A DNA stretch of 64,000 bases from positions 20,151,476 through 20,215,475 of the forward strand of contig CM119267.1 of NCBI GenBank assembly GCA_051294375.1, in the 5' to 3' direction. This stretch comes from Paraspadella gotoi (taxonomy: Eukaryota > Animalia > Chaetognatha). Shown here piece after piece: positions 1-34,335 of this stretch. The translations under genes were made by a program, and so were the position numbers. The notes beneath the pieces are model-generated. The model was not told the origin of the DNA and ran no database searches. It saw only the letters and a list, made by a program, of their open reading frames with translations. Each line of letters starts with the position of its first letter. Within the stretch, counting starts at the first letter, position 1.

Positions 1-908
1 TTTAAATGCACTAAGTTCGATTTACTTTTTTTATTTTTTACAATAATTTCCCATTAGTATAATTGAACTGATAGATTGAAGTTGAAATTTTTGTGTGTCG
101 GTAAGACCACACACCAAACCCACAACGTGATGACGTAAGCTTGAATAATAGAGTTTAGTGGGAAACGGTACCAGTGGACAATGATTTAAATGAAAAAATA
201 TATGAGTCACATTTAACTTGGAATCTTTTTTCTATTTATATTTTAACCCTATGACATAGGGATTGAGAATTGAAATTTTTGGTGAGCCGGTAGAAAGTGA
301 GTGAAGAAGTAGAACTATAAAGTTTTTGACGGAATGTCAAGTTGAAAAAATTATGCAAGTTGAAAATAATGATGCAAAGTTAAAAAAATCGTTAAAAGCA
401 TAAGGTCGTCACTTATTGCATAAAAAGAGAGGAGCAGAGAGGAGAGAAAGAGAGAGTGAGAGAGAAGAGAAGAGAGTGAGAGAGAAAGAGAAGAGTGAGA
501 GGAGAGAGAGAGAGAAGAGACATAAAATAAAAAAAGTCTTAAAAGACTCAAGATCGAGTCCAGAGCCCACTATCATAGCAAAATTAATGAAAAAATCCGG
601 AAAAGAAACAGAAGAATCATGCGATAACGAATTTGTTGATGGTACTAGTAATTGATTGAGGCTAATACTAATTGACTGATGTATAGAATTTATTGATGTA
701 ATAGAATTGATTATTGATTCGAGTGATAACAATTACTTGATGCGATGATAGTCCATTCACTGCTGTGAATGAATAGTCATGATCCAGTGGATGCGCATGA
801 TTGATCATTATATGATGCGATGAGTTGTCAATCATTGATGCGATGAATATCAACTAAAAAACAAACAAATGCGTGTATGATGAAGGAGAGAGAGAGAGAG
901 AGAGAGAC

Positions 909-950
<42 letters not shown>

Positions 951-978
951 AAGAGAGAGAGAGAAAGAAAAAGAGAGC

Positions 979-1019
<41 letters not shown>

Positions 1020-1915
1020 AAGACAATAAAATCCACGAAAAATCTCGGATGAAAATAAGGGATTTGTTATTGAATAAAAGCCGAATAACTGGCAATGAAC
1101 TAAAAAGTTTTTAGAAGGAAAAAATAATCAAGAATTTTTCCCCAAAAACAAACGATCCAACGCAAAAGCGATACGACAGCATAAGGGACAGACCAACCCA
1201 CAGAGAGAAAAAAACAGAGAGACAGAGAGAGAGGAGAAAAAGAGAAGAGAGAGAGACAGCCGCTGCAGAGAAGAAGAGAAAGCGAAAGAGGATATTAATA
1301 ATAATTAAAAAGAGAGAAGAGAGAAGAAGCTCTACAGGCCCCTTTAAACCTCGTTATAACTAAATCAGCACGTACTTATGGCGCACGAGTACGTGAGGCT
1401 TATATACTAAGGACGCGGGTTCGTGGCCTGTTCGCGATATTTATTTACAATTCTCCGTGTTACTTACTTATTTATATGTAAAAAAAGAGAGAGAAGAAGA
1501 GAGAGAGACAACGCTGCAGGACCGGAACTTCTATATATAAGGAGAAGAGCGACTATATAAAACACGTTTTTGTTTTGTAAATAAACATAAAACATAAGAT
1601 TATGATAGAGAATTATTAAGATCTTAATCCACTATATGAAGAATCAACAACCTAAATGAATCACACCTTTCAGAAGCCATGATTGCTAAAACCGAAAAGC
1701 TAAACCGAAAACGGACCGGGCTTTGCCGCCTGCGCTCGATAATAGAGGGATATGTTGTATTGTCTTTGTATAAAAAATAACAAAACATTTAATTAACTTC
1801 CTGACTCCAATACATCGAGAAATTAATCTATTAATATAATTATATATTATATAATTATTAATTAATTAATCTATTAATTAAAATTAATTAATCAATTAAT
1901 TAATTATTTCGTAGG
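1..1915. repeat. ~1.9-kb block that is an inverted copy of 55090-56990 (runs off the window start)
   Basis: Co-linear reverse-complement matches throughout. Examples: ggtgagccggtagaaagtgagtgaagaag (~281) vs cttcttcactcactttcctaccggctcac (~56730); aaaagactcaagatcgagtccagagcccactatcatag (~541) vs ctatgatagtgggctctggctcgatcttgagtctttt (~56470); gctcgataatagagg (~1734) vs cctctattatcgagc (~55275). Differences are mostly indels. Confidence 0.9.
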
Positions 1916-1934
1916 ATCCGACATAAGATATATG

Positions 1935-6045
<4,111 letters not shown>

Positions 6046-6269
6046 AAAATGCCGGAATTAATTTTCTCAAAAAGTAAAACTTATGACTTACTTTACGTAT
6101 CAAAATTGAAAAATCTAAATTTTCTCACTGAAATTCATGAAGATTTTTTCCTTCAATTATCATTTCCGAATTAATCTTGAGTGTCGTCGTGATTTCTTGC
6201 AATCTCCTTCAATCGCCTCCATCTTTGCACAACAATCTCAAAATTCAACCTAGCGAATAATTTAGAGAA

Positions 6270-6680
6270 TTTTTTTTTTCTGGAAATAAAAAAGACAATT
6301 TGACAATTAAGACAATAAGAAGATTAAACGATTAAACGATGAGTATTGAGGCAAGAAAAATTGCACATAATGGCACTAAAAAATAAATTCAAACAATTAA
6401 GGATCATTGCGGACATTGCAAATTGGAAAGTATTAAATATATCAATGAAATCATGAGTGAATATTATCATTAACACTAGGCCATTTGCCATTTTTTTTTT
6501 TTTAGTCATAGACAGAAAAACTTGGCAAATGAAAAAAAAAAAGTAAAATACTATCATTATGGTACCCTAACATTTATACTAGGCCATTGCCTTCTTTTTT
6601 TTTTTAAGTCATAGACAGAACTTGTCAATTTTTTTTTTTTTTAACTGATCATAAATAGAAAGGCATAAATACCAGATTAA
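6270..6680 (-). repeat. Dispersed ~400-bp repeat, inverted relative to the copy at 13988-14320
   Basis: gacaatttgacaattaagacaataagaagattaaacg...ggatcattgcggacattgcaaattggaaag...aactgatcataaat...accagattaa is the reverse complement of 13988-14320. This copy has an internal ~70-bp duplication. Confidence 0.9.
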
Positions 6681-8094
6681 GCTGACGAACCCGACAGAAA
6701 CGTCATCAAGTAGCGCCTCTACCAGGAATTTCTAACGATCCGAACTTAAAAAGGCAAACGGTCCTGACGACCTACGATGCGAGGATAGGGAGTTAAGTCG
6801 GTTGAAGACTACTATCCGTCAATCGCTAGCACTGAATGGGGTCCCAGGCTCCCCAGGCGTTTAAAGCCGCCCTCAAGCTTCCCGAAGGTCACGTAACTTT
6901 GGTGATCGATCCCAGTTTACAATGGTCACGAGCTGATGTCTTTAATCAATAAGCCACCGTGCGACAACTGTATGAGGTATGTTCATAGGCGATTCGAGAC
7001 TACAGAAGGCCTGTGCAATTGTTTAATGAATATTTGCCATTGACGAAACGACATTTCAACTACAACTTTACGCCGATTTGTAAAAAGCTTCGTCCTCCAA
7101 CCAAAGAATTATTCACGACACGAATCACTCTCTCCCTCTCCTTCACCGTTCACGATTCGCCAACTCGGGCCAAAGCCTTTTTACCTTCGAGTGAAAATGC
7201 GTTGGGTGACAAATCGACTTCCAACGACGTCGACGACGACGACGACGACGAAATCGATTCCAAACCCATGAGCAACTCATGAGGCTCATGAGGCGCATGG
7301 GGGCGTGGTTCTTTTCTTGGGGAGATTATGGAGATTGTCTCGGGCGATTTGGTTTAGAGAGCGAAGACATTCTACTCGACATGGAACAATAAATTGTTTT
7401 TAAAAAGGTCATGACGAGAAAATAAGGTAAATTTCTTAACTGCCTTCTTACAATATAACAAACCGTCATTTTTAACACTTAACTATAAAATATTGGATAG
7501 CCTCTTTATTGTGGTGCTAAAGACGATAGTTTAATAAGAATTTAAAACTTAGACATTGCTCCAAGTTCACCCCGTCTGTAAACATGACGACACTTTCACG
7601 ACGGTTTTATGATACATGTCGTTTAATGCCCAGTTGTTGTTGTAATAGTTGTGATTGTTATCCTTGTCGGGGTTGTTCTCTTTCTATTCTCTTTTTCGGA
7701 AGACGATTTCTCATTTTCTTTCCGGAAGAAAAAATATCGGTGCTCGATTCAATAAAAACGGAAATGAAAAAGGGAATAAAACGTAATAAAAAAAATTCTT
7801 TTAAAATCCCTTTTAAAACAAAATTGCATTTTCAAACGCGGAAAAACAAAAAAGAACGAATTACGTGTTGAAATATTAGTAATTTAGTTTTCTAAGAAAA
7901 AATGTTATCGATTACACCGATCGAATAATAAAAATGAAATAATAATTTAATTCTAAACTTCAAATCAGAGCGGGAAATCATCAACGATGTGTTTTCAGTT
8001 TTCTTTAAGGGGAGGGAAGTTTTGAAACTCCTTCAGTTTTGTTTACTAAATAGGATAACAACGCGTCAACCGTCAACAGCTTTCTAGGTCTTTC

Positions 8095-8208
<114 letters not shown>

Positions 8209-8670
8209 ATGTGCTCTTCTCTCTTTGTGTCTCCATTACTCTCGCTCTCTTAGTTCCACTCGCTAAGTACACACGAGAACTATGATAACTTGTAATACTC
8301 GATTTACGTTAATAACGAATAAATTCATCAATATTTCAATTTCTGGAAATATCATTATCAATCAAAAAATAAAAATCTCAACACATTTAATTTAGTTAAA
8401 TTATATTTCAAAGGACTAACAAAAGTTCAATCCAACGACTTGAAAAAAAAATTTACCTAAAAAAGAGAAACAATTTTCGAAGGTAAGTTCTTTTTGTTTT
8501 TTTTTTCTCTCATTTTTTCCTTCATTCTCTTTCTTCTATATCTCGTTCTCCACGAGCATCGTCGATATTTACTTAATATCCGATCCTTCTTTCTTTTTTT
8601 CCTCCAATTTATCTTTATTCCTCCATTTTTCTTTCTTTCCTCCTCCTCCTCCTCCTTCTCCTCCTCCTCC

Positions 8671-8911
8671 TCAATAACTGTGATTGGCCACGAAGAGCGA
8701 CTTTGCTCCAGCGGCTCCCGCGAGGTCACCAGCGTACGAGCCAACCGCCGCTGCTCCGTTGGCCTGGCTGCGTTTGCGGAGCTCGCCCTTAGCGGCGTCG
8801 ACGTTAGCGTCGGCGCCGCTCCAGGCTTGAAGGACGGACGCCTGGTGGGAGCAGGGAGAGACGGAGGGAAAGAGAGAGATAAATTAATGCAGGAAACAAG
8901 AAGACAAGGTC

Positions 8912-9007
<96 letters not shown>

Positions 9008-11423
9008 AATTGAAAAAAAAAACCAACTAAAAATTAAGGAACAAAAGAAAAATTAAGCATATAGAATAGAATTAAAGGCCAGAAAAAAAAAAGGGCAGCA
9101 AAGTTGACAAACCCATCTCGGACTAGTCAATTGCCTCCAACCCTTACAACCTGCAACGCCCTCCCGTAAGAGAAGGTCAACGCCCAGGGTTTCCGCCCCT
9201 GGAATTTGTTTATGGCGTCGAGATTCACGGTGGCGTCCTCCTCCGATTGTCCTCCGGAGAGGAAGACGACGCCGGCGACGGCGGGCGGAACCGTCCGCTG
9301 CAGCGCCGTCACCGTCGCCGCAGCCACCTCAGCGGGCGCCGCTCGGGTCTGGCATTCCTGACCCGGGGTGATCATGTTGGGTTTGAGGAGGGTTCCTGTG
9401 TGAAGAGAGGGTGAGAGGTGCGGTGAAGGAGTGCGTGGGATAAAAAAGGAAAGATGGGTAAGTTAAAAAAAAGGGTAAGGAAAATCGGTAGAAGATGAGG
9501 TTAATGAAAGTGTAGAAAGGGACTCCGAAGAAAAATGAGAAAAAAAGGGATAAGAAATACGTAAATCGTCGAAAAGAAAGAAAATTGAAGATGAAGAAAA
9601 TAATGTTGACAATTTTGGCAAAACTGTTACAAGTTGCATATAAGGGGAAAAAAAATTGATAGAAAGGCAAACCCTTCAAGTGACTTATGAGATAAGAAAA
9701 GAACAAAGATAAATGATACTAAGTCAAAGTAAGATTTGCTCGAAATTTTTTGGTTCCCAAATATTCCGTAAACGTTCCTTCAACTCCCCTTCGACATTCC
9801 CCCCACCTCTCAAACTCGTCCTCACCTTCGAGATACACGTTGTGCTCGTTGAGCGCCCGATAGACGTAGGACAGGACACGCTGAGTCACGCTCAAGCAAG
9901 TCCTCAAGTCGTGGGCGCCGTCTTGAAGGACCTCCGGTTCGACGATGGGGACGAGGCCAGCCTGTTGGCAGATCGTCGCGTATCTGTGAGGTGGAAAGGA
10001 TGATGACAAATACATCGAATTCTAAATATTTGAGAAAGGAGTTTGAGTCTCGGAAATGTTGGAATTGCCAATGGCAGGGATAATTGAGATTTCTGTCCAC
10101 CACGCAGCTCTCTACCATGCTTTTGTTTGTTTGTTTTTTGTTTGTTTTTTTTTTTTTCTTTTATGTTTTTTTTTTTTTTTTTTTTCTTTTTTGAAGATCC
10201 CCTTTCTCACGACGGCCGAGGCACTTTTTGGGTGTCTATTAACGCTTTTTAAATTTTATGAACTAATGTTTTTTTCTATTTCTTTAAAATTAGTTCAAGG
10301 GTAACGCCAGATGGCCGGTTAGCTCAGCTGGTTAGAGCGTGGTGCTAATAACGCCAAGGTCGCGGGTTCGACCCCCACACTGGCCACGATCCAGTTTTTA
10401 TTTTATTGACTAACCGTGCCAAAACATTGGCGTTTTCAATCATGGCAAGCTGAGAGGGTCTTCCTCCGCCGATCTTGAGAACGCATCGCCATTTGGCAAA
10501 GTCGGCTCCGTCCTTCTTGTACTGCCGACAGGCATCGGCGAGATTGTCGAGACCTTGGGTCGTCACCTCTTCGTCCGTTCCCGCCAGTGGGACCACGCCT
10601 TTGTCCACTTTAATGCCCACCTTTGGACGAGTTGATTTCAAATGAATACAGAATTTAATATATACGTAAATGAAAGTTTATTATCCAGTATATATGTAGT
10701 TAAAAGTCAAACGTTTATGAAATTGATTCGTACAATAAAATATAATTTACCTCGCGGCGACTTTAAACAAAAGAGCACGACTACAATACGAAAGACAGAC
10801 AGAACCTCTGCCGTACAATTCGCGAATCACCGATCACAACAAAAGACCATCTCTCCGACTGACCAGCGCCCCATTGTCGCGAATGATCTTGACGAAGGGC
10901 GTCCCGTCGTCGGCCTTTTGATACATCGTCTCGTGAAAGAGGATGACACCGCCGATGTGATCGAAAGCTTCTTTGCCTGAAAAAAAGGTGAGGCGAACGT
11001 CTTTCGTCGTCTCTTCAAATATAATTTCAATAAATATAAATAATATGTTACTGACCGGAAGTGAAGAGAAGCTGACGATATTTTCGTCGATTATCTTCGT
11101 TGTTTTCGACGCCGATGGCCGACAATCTTTTGCCCATCGTTCCTAAACAAAAAATAAAGCTCATTCGTTTAGTTTGTTCTGTTGACAAACAAATGTCGAA
11201 ATTTATAATCATCATCGAAACTTATCCAATAACTTTAGCTCCCTTCAAATTCCTCATTCCCTAAATCCATCCCTAAATCCATCTCTAAATCCATCCCTAA
11301 ATCCAACCCCAGTTCCCCACCCGTGGATTCGTCGGCGGCGAGGATTCCTTTTCCCGGCGCCACGATGGCGTTGGCGATCGACGCCAACTCTTTCTTTTGC
11401 TCCTCGTTCAACGCTGGCGGCAT
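8671..11423 (-). CDS. ALDO: Fructose-bisphosphate aldolase, class I (360 aa, 7 coding exons)
   Basis: Exons 11423-11321, 11142-11056, 10976-10864, 10620-10415, 9983-9826, 9395-9151 and 8841-8671 join in frame through GT-AG sites (1083 nt). Motifs: [44 protein letters not shown], Schiff-base [28 protein letters not shown] and C-terminal LFVANHSY. Confidence 0.97.
10313..10386 (+). tRNA. tRNA-Ile-AAT: tRNA-Ile(AAT), in aldolase intron 4, antisense to the host gene
   Basis: ggccggttagctcagctggttagagcgtggtgctAATaacgccaaggtcgcgggttcgacccccacactggcca folds as a cloverleaf with A and B boxes. It has one C-A mismatch in the T-stem and a T6 terminator at ~10395. Confidence 0.92.
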
Positions 11424-11505
11424 CTTTGGACGGCGGTGGCGGGCTGGCGGTAGAGGGGTCGGATTGGCGGCGGCTGGTTAGGCGAGGGTTGGCTGGGAAC
11501 GGGAG

Positions 11506-11621
11506 AGAAGCATGATGACATCGATCACAATATTAGAAGAATGATGACATCGATCACAATATTAGAAGCATGATGACATCGATCACAATATTAGAAGAAT
11601 CATGACATCGATCACAATATT
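11506..11621. repeat. 29-bp minisatellite x4 (agaagcatgatgacatcgatcacaatatt)
   Basis: Four near-identical tandem units just upstream (on the - strand) of the acceptor before aldolase coding exon 1. Confidence 0.9.
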
Positions 11622-12151
11622 GATCGTTGGTTTTTGTCATCCCTAATCATTTAACGATTAAAGAGAAAAAATGTAGAGTATTTTTTCGATTTTCTCTTTG
11701 TAGGCCAAAGTCAAAATACTATTAAAATATTTAAAAACACGAATATATTTTTTCTTTTTGTTTATAAAAATTAAATAGTTCTTTAAAAAATGAGAAAAAA
11801 ATGAAGCGGCGAATTCATTGACATTTTAGATTCGCATGAGTTTCGCGTTCAAAGTCGAATGAAATGTTGATCAGTCACACCGCGTTTTAAAGTAATAAAA
11901 TCATTTTTAATTTACGTAAAATAATAAAATACTCTACGATTTATTCTTTTCCGGCTAAAGAATTAGAATACCTTCTCTATTTTGTTAATGAAGTTTTACT
12001 AAAATAAATTTTTAAACATTAACCACCTGAATTCGCTTCAATCCCGATGTGGATCGAAACGATGTCCCGAAAATATCGGTCCGACCGAGAAAAAGAGAGA
12101 GGTCGAAGAAGCCTGTTGCTTGAGCCTCAATTTGAGGAAGTTTTTTAACAA

Positions 12152-12219
<68 letters not shown>

Positions 12220-13069
12220 TGAGGAAGATTATAAACTAACTTCGTTTTTCCACACTTCAAGGTCATTAACTGGGCGCGTTCGATTTCCCAGCTGATTAAA
12301 AAAAAATTCCGGACGATACTTTGGATGCTGGAAACAATAATAATCATATTACGAAGTTTCTTTAGACTTCGTGCCTTCGGGGTCGCTAGTTCGAGGCGTC
12401 TCCCATCCAAAAAAGAACGACAAGAGTTTCTGAAACTTTTAATATTTTATTGTGATCCAAAAACCCGTAGAAACTAAGTTTCAGACGGGCAGGCGCTTAG
12501 TAAACGATTCGCTCAAGAGATTGAATGACGATTCATGAGAAACCGCACCAAAAATTAACCGGCTTCAATCACTAAAAAAAAGGACTTGGTCAACGGTCAT
12601 ATTTGACCTTAAAAAAGAGAGAAATGAGTGGCGATAGTTCTACACATATGATGAAGAATCATTACTTATTTTTAGCGTTTGGGGAAACTCATTAAAAAAT
12701 TACCAACTATCAAATTATCGAACAATTATTTTTAGTCTCTTCTTGAACCATGGACAATCAGACATGCTATGCTTTTTCCGAGAGAATATAACCGGATGGG
12801 AAATGACGGCTGAGAATGTTGTCAAAGCTGCAAGATAATTTGAGGCTAATTAAAATAGACAAAAAGTATTAACCAATGATCGTTTTTATCTAACCTTTTC
12901 CCAAGTCGGTTCCATACTTAACAAAGATGCACGAACGTCATAATCTATTATTTTCCGAGTCTTTAGTCGAGGATTTCCTGTTGCTTCCAAGTTTTTCCGA
13001 GATTAGCGACATCCAGTCGAGGAGCGGAGAAATAATCGGAGGCTCAACTTTTTGGTTTTTTCTTTCGTT

Positions 13070-13145
<76 letters not shown>

Positions 13146-13645
13146 ACTTTCTTTCTTTCTTTCTTTCCTTCTATCCCTCTCTCTCTCTTTCTTTTTTTCT
13201 TTCTTTCTCTCTTTTTTTCTTTCTTTCTTTCGATCTTTCTTTTTTTCTTTTTCTTTTTTCTTTCTTTCATTCCCTTCAGCCTCACCGATTTATACAAACG
13301 ACTTCCAGCGTTGTTCCATCTCAAGACGACGACGACCTCACCTCGCCCACCTCCTGGGGCAGTCCATCAGCGCAGGCATCAGCGGAGAGACGTCGCAGAA
13401 GGAGGGAGAGAGAGAGAGAGAGAGAGAGAAGGCGAAATCGGGATCAATGAACGCGTAAAATTGGGGAAGGAATGTTTGGCGATTTACAACTCAGGGCGAG
13501 AAAAGAGGAAGTGAAAGGAATGAAAAGAAATAAACGAACCAAGAAAAAAAGAGAGGAAGAAAGAAAAAAAGATAGAAAGAAAAACCAAAAAATGAAGTAA
13601 AAAAAGGGCATGAAAGAAAGAAAGAAAAAAAGGGAGGGAGGATGA

Positions 13646-13701
<56 letters not shown>

Positions 13702-13987
13702 AAAGAAAGAACGAAATCTTGCTCTTTGTTTGGAGTTATTTTCGATAATCTCATCCAAGTCGTTTCAAAGATAGTCTTCATTATTAAGGAGCTGACTCGT
13801 GTATCTGATTTTGATGATCAAAGGCAAGCTCTTTTCTCGGCGACAGTACACTATCGACTGCATCGAAATGGCTTTTTTACCGCATTAACTCAACTTACGT
13901 TTTTTGAGAGGTTTTCATTTGTTGTCTTTTTCCTATTTTATCATAACTTTATTGTAAGGGTAATTGTAAGGGTAATTCCAATAATTT

Positions 13988-14320
13988 TAATCTGGTACTT
14001 ATGCCTTTGTATTTATGATCAGTTAAAAAAAAAAAAATTGACAAGTTTCTGTCTATGACTTAAAAAAAAAAGGCAATGGCCTAGTATAAATGTTAGGAAC
14101 CATAATGATAATATTCACTCATGATTTTCATTGATATACTTAATACTTTTCCAATTTGCAATGTCCGCAATGATCCTTAATTGTTTGAATTTTATTTTTA
14201 GTGCAATTAGTCTTGCTCAATACTCATTTATTGTTTAAATGTCATATTGTTTCAAATCGTTTAATCTTCTTATTGTCTTAATTGTCAAATTGTCTCTTTT
14301 ATTTCAGAAAAAAAAAATAT
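13988..14320 (+). repeat. Partner of the 6270-6680 repeat; ends in short attgtc repeats and an A-tract
   Basis: Reverse complement of 6270-6680. The 3' end reads ...tattgtcttaattgtcaaattgtctcttttatttcagaaaaaaaaaa. Confidence 0.88.
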
Positions 14321-15361
14321 TGTGCTAAAGTCTGTCTTCTTGACTATAGTCCAGATATGTAAGGATCTACAATAGTTATACAATTATACATAGTTTGTTT
14401 TATTTTCCCCATTTTTATCTCTTTTTCCTAACTAATCTAATGTTTTTCTTTATTTTCTTCCTTGGCTCGTAATAATTCTAAAAAGGAGAAAATTCACGTC
14501 AAGATTCCCATTAAAGGATTTTGGTAAAAACCAGACGCAAGAGCGAATCGGTGCATCGTTTTTCCCGATCGGTTGAGGTGGTGACGAAGAGAGGGGAGAG
14601 GTCGGGAGGACAGCGAATCGCGAATAAAGAAAATAATGAGACAGGAAAGGTAATGAGGCGAAACGTGTTTTGAGCGGAAAAGAAAAAAAATAATTGAAAG
14701 TCGCAAAGAAATTATTTACTCGAGCGAAAGCGAATTTCCAACAGGTTGTTTTTTTGATTGTTTTTCTTTGGTTTTCTTTTTTCTTTTTATTTTCCGTTTG
14801 AAGCGGAACTTCGATCGGAGAAAGTGAGAAAGATGGATGAGGTGATTTTCAGCGGCCAATGAGGCAAAGGTAATCGATTGGAGAAGTAAACGAACCCAGT
14901 CATTAAGTTTGGTAGCAGATTCAGTTGGAATCCGTCAATCAAAAACGAAAAAAAAAACAGTTTGAAGAACAATCAGAGATTTTCTCCTAATCTAGAACTT
15001 CTTCTGAAAGTTCGTCTATCGTCGACTCCGCCCATTGGCTCCGTCCTCCGACCATTGGTCTCGACAACAACATCTCTAACCACAACTCTCACTCATCGTC
15101 CTTGCTCCCCTTCCTACTTACCACTCTCCGCCTCTTTCTCCTTCCCGCCTCACGTCTCCTTCGCAAACCGACTTGATCTTTGCCTTCTTCCTCCCGATCT
15201 AAATTTACGACGTTAGGTCTCTGGAGAAAGTGACACTCCGAAGCCTGGGCATTTTGTCCCAGTGGGCAGTCGGGAATCCACATGAGGCGCCGACCGGCCG
15301 TAAAAGCCAGTCGAGATTTCACTCGCGGCGCTTTGTGAATCGCACCGCTCTCTTCCTCTCT

Positions 15362-15417
<56 letters not shown>

Positions 15418-16417
15418 ACTCTCTCTCTCTCTCTCACGGCGATCTGAGGGAAATCTTCGGCAAATTCGTCGATTTGGAGGCTCAAATTACACTTTCTCAT
15501 ATCACTTTTCTTATTGTTATATCTACGCTCACGTTAACTTAAATCTTTTATGTCATTAATTTTTTTCTATCACTTGATAAATCACCAATCACCCACTTTT
15601 ATCCGAATCTGTGTTGTTGTTTTTTGTTTTTTTGTAATTTGAAATGGGAGAAGTTGAATGGGAGTCAATTTTCTATCCTTTCTTTTCTATCCTTTCTATC
15701 CTTTCTACAGTCAAAAACAAGTTCTCCATTATCTTTAAAACATTATCATAAGACATTATCATAAGACATTATCATAACGCACCCAGCGAATGTTTACTTC
15801 TTTAGCTTCCCCCTCCTTTTTAATCAGAAATTCTTTGGACCGACTTGCGTCATTATATTTTCATTTGATTCGGCGCCAAACTTTTGTCTCAAAGTTTTTT
15901 CGTTCGTGATTCTCACACAAAAACAACAAAAAATTCTTTTCTGCGAAGGAATCGTTAAAGAACGAAAACTCTGAACAACCGTAGCCTTCGTCCGGAAAAA
16001 AAATTCTTCCGTTAATGATTTTTTTTAAACGAAAACATTTTTAAAAAAACACACACAAACTACCCCAAAAAATAACCAGAACCATGTCCGACTTGTCATT
16101 GCGAATTCGTCTTGATGCCGTCGTTGCAAATGGACATTTTCATTTAAGGTTACCGACGAGACGTGAAAATATTTGTCAAAAAATGCGGGTCACAATCTCG
16201 GGCTGAAAAAAAAAATAACTCCCGAGTTGGTAAATTTGGTGGAATAAAAATAAAAGCGGTCGAAACGGGACGAAACGAAAATTAAAAAAAAAAGGAACAA
16301 AACAAAAGACATAAACGTTAAACGATGGTCGAAAAAAATCTACTTCAATCCTTAGACTCTCATCGATTAATTGCGACGATTCGAACGTTTAAATTAACAG
16401 GGAATAAATCAAATACG

Positions 16418-32906
<16,489 letters not shown>

Positions 32907-34335
32907 TCTCGACGGTTGAGAGCGAGGGGGTACGGGGAAGGACCTGTGTGGTGGGCAGTGGTTGTGGGGAGTTGTTTGTGGCTTGTGGGCCGCAAGGTCG
33001 ACCGGGGAGAGCGTCAATCGTTCGTGTCCGTGAATTTTTAGGCGACAATTCGTTGTTCGTGTCAAAACTCGTTGTTGTTGTTGTTATTGGCAATACATTT
33101 TATAGCATCGAACTTATGTTTATTCGTTGCCATGGAGAATTGAAAAGATAGAGAGTCAGAGAGAGAGACGGTGAAAGATAGAGAGGGAGAAAAGAGTTTA
33201 ATTTCCATAATGTTTCCTATACTATTTATTGGCAATATAACCAATTAACCGTATCTGTTTGACGAAATTTAATAAAACAGCATGATACGAATTTATTCTT
33301 ACACAAACTGGCAGTAACGTTCAACTTTTTTGTGCTCAACAATAAAAACTCTTTAAAACTGCAGCAATGTAAATTCCTGGGAAATAATCATGATAATTGA
33401 TCAGCTAGAGAGATAGGATAATTACAAAGCCCGCACGCGATATATAAGAATGAGTCACCTTCTTGATAAAACCAAACTGTTTAACAAAAAAGAAGATAAA
33501 GATCAAATCAGGTTTTCCTGGAGAAAATCTCTCCAACAACGAAAAGAAAGGACACGATATAATCAAATATTTTTATAAAATCGTCAATACTTGATAATAT
33601 AAAAATTTTCGTCGAATTGTCTCATATCATATCATATCATATCATATCATATCATATCATATCATATGTCTCATATCATTCGGATCAGCGACAAGGGAAA
33701 AATATTCCACCTCGGCGCTCATTGGCCGAACCGATAAAAATGGACTAATCACAACGCGCGAAGAAATAGCACAGACTCAAAGATTTTACATTCCTTGAAA
33801 ATTGATATATTGTCTACATTTATTTGTAAATTATTTTATGTACAATTACGATCACTGTAGTTTTAGAATCTACTCAATTGTACCTTTCGTTCGATATGTA
33901 TTTTGTCAATGTTTACTGCTTTTAACAATTCGTAAACTGTATGTTAATATGTGTAAACAAACAACCGGATCAAGTGTCAGGATGAAATTTACAAGTGCTT
34001 TCGATCAGGTCCGATCGCGATATATATAAACTCTGTACTTTTTCAATTGTCTCTAGTGATTAAATTTACGTTTTAAAAAAGTAAAGTGCTCCTTTAGAAT
34101 AATAAATAGGTAGTGGTCCTTCAAATTGAATTTCAATGGTCGAAATTACTCCGGTCATTATTTTCTATTATCTTTATCAAGCTCCTCTTCGAAAAAAAAA
34201 TACAAAAACTCGCTACTGAAATAAGTACTCGCCCGTGGTCCAACCCGCACTCGCCCAAACCTGCCCGTATCGATCGTAGACGTTGACTATTGTGCCTTTT
34301 CCCCCTCATTCTCACAAGAATGACTCTTAATGACG

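Noticed and set aside
6682-6800. Hammerhead-like CTGACGA...GAAAC motifs (6682, 6764)
   Set aside because: The first has no pairable stem II; the second lacks GAAA after its stem; flanking stems are absent.
6165-7290. Exon-like pieces on the - strand (LNFEIVVQRWRRLKEIARNHDDTQD* at ~6175-6250; Ser-rich piece ~7150-7270)
   Set aside because: Could not be linked into a gene or matched to any family; may be real but unsupported.
11506-11621. 29-bp repeats resembling a CRISPR array or C/D-box (ATGATGA) snoRNA cluster
   Set aside because: Head-to-tail units with no spacers, no cas genes and a eukaryotic context; no matching D box or terminal stem.
12740-15340. Scattered exon-like GC-richer patches between aldolase and the carboxypeptidase
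   Set aside because: No consistent phase-compatible model; stops appear in the tested frames.
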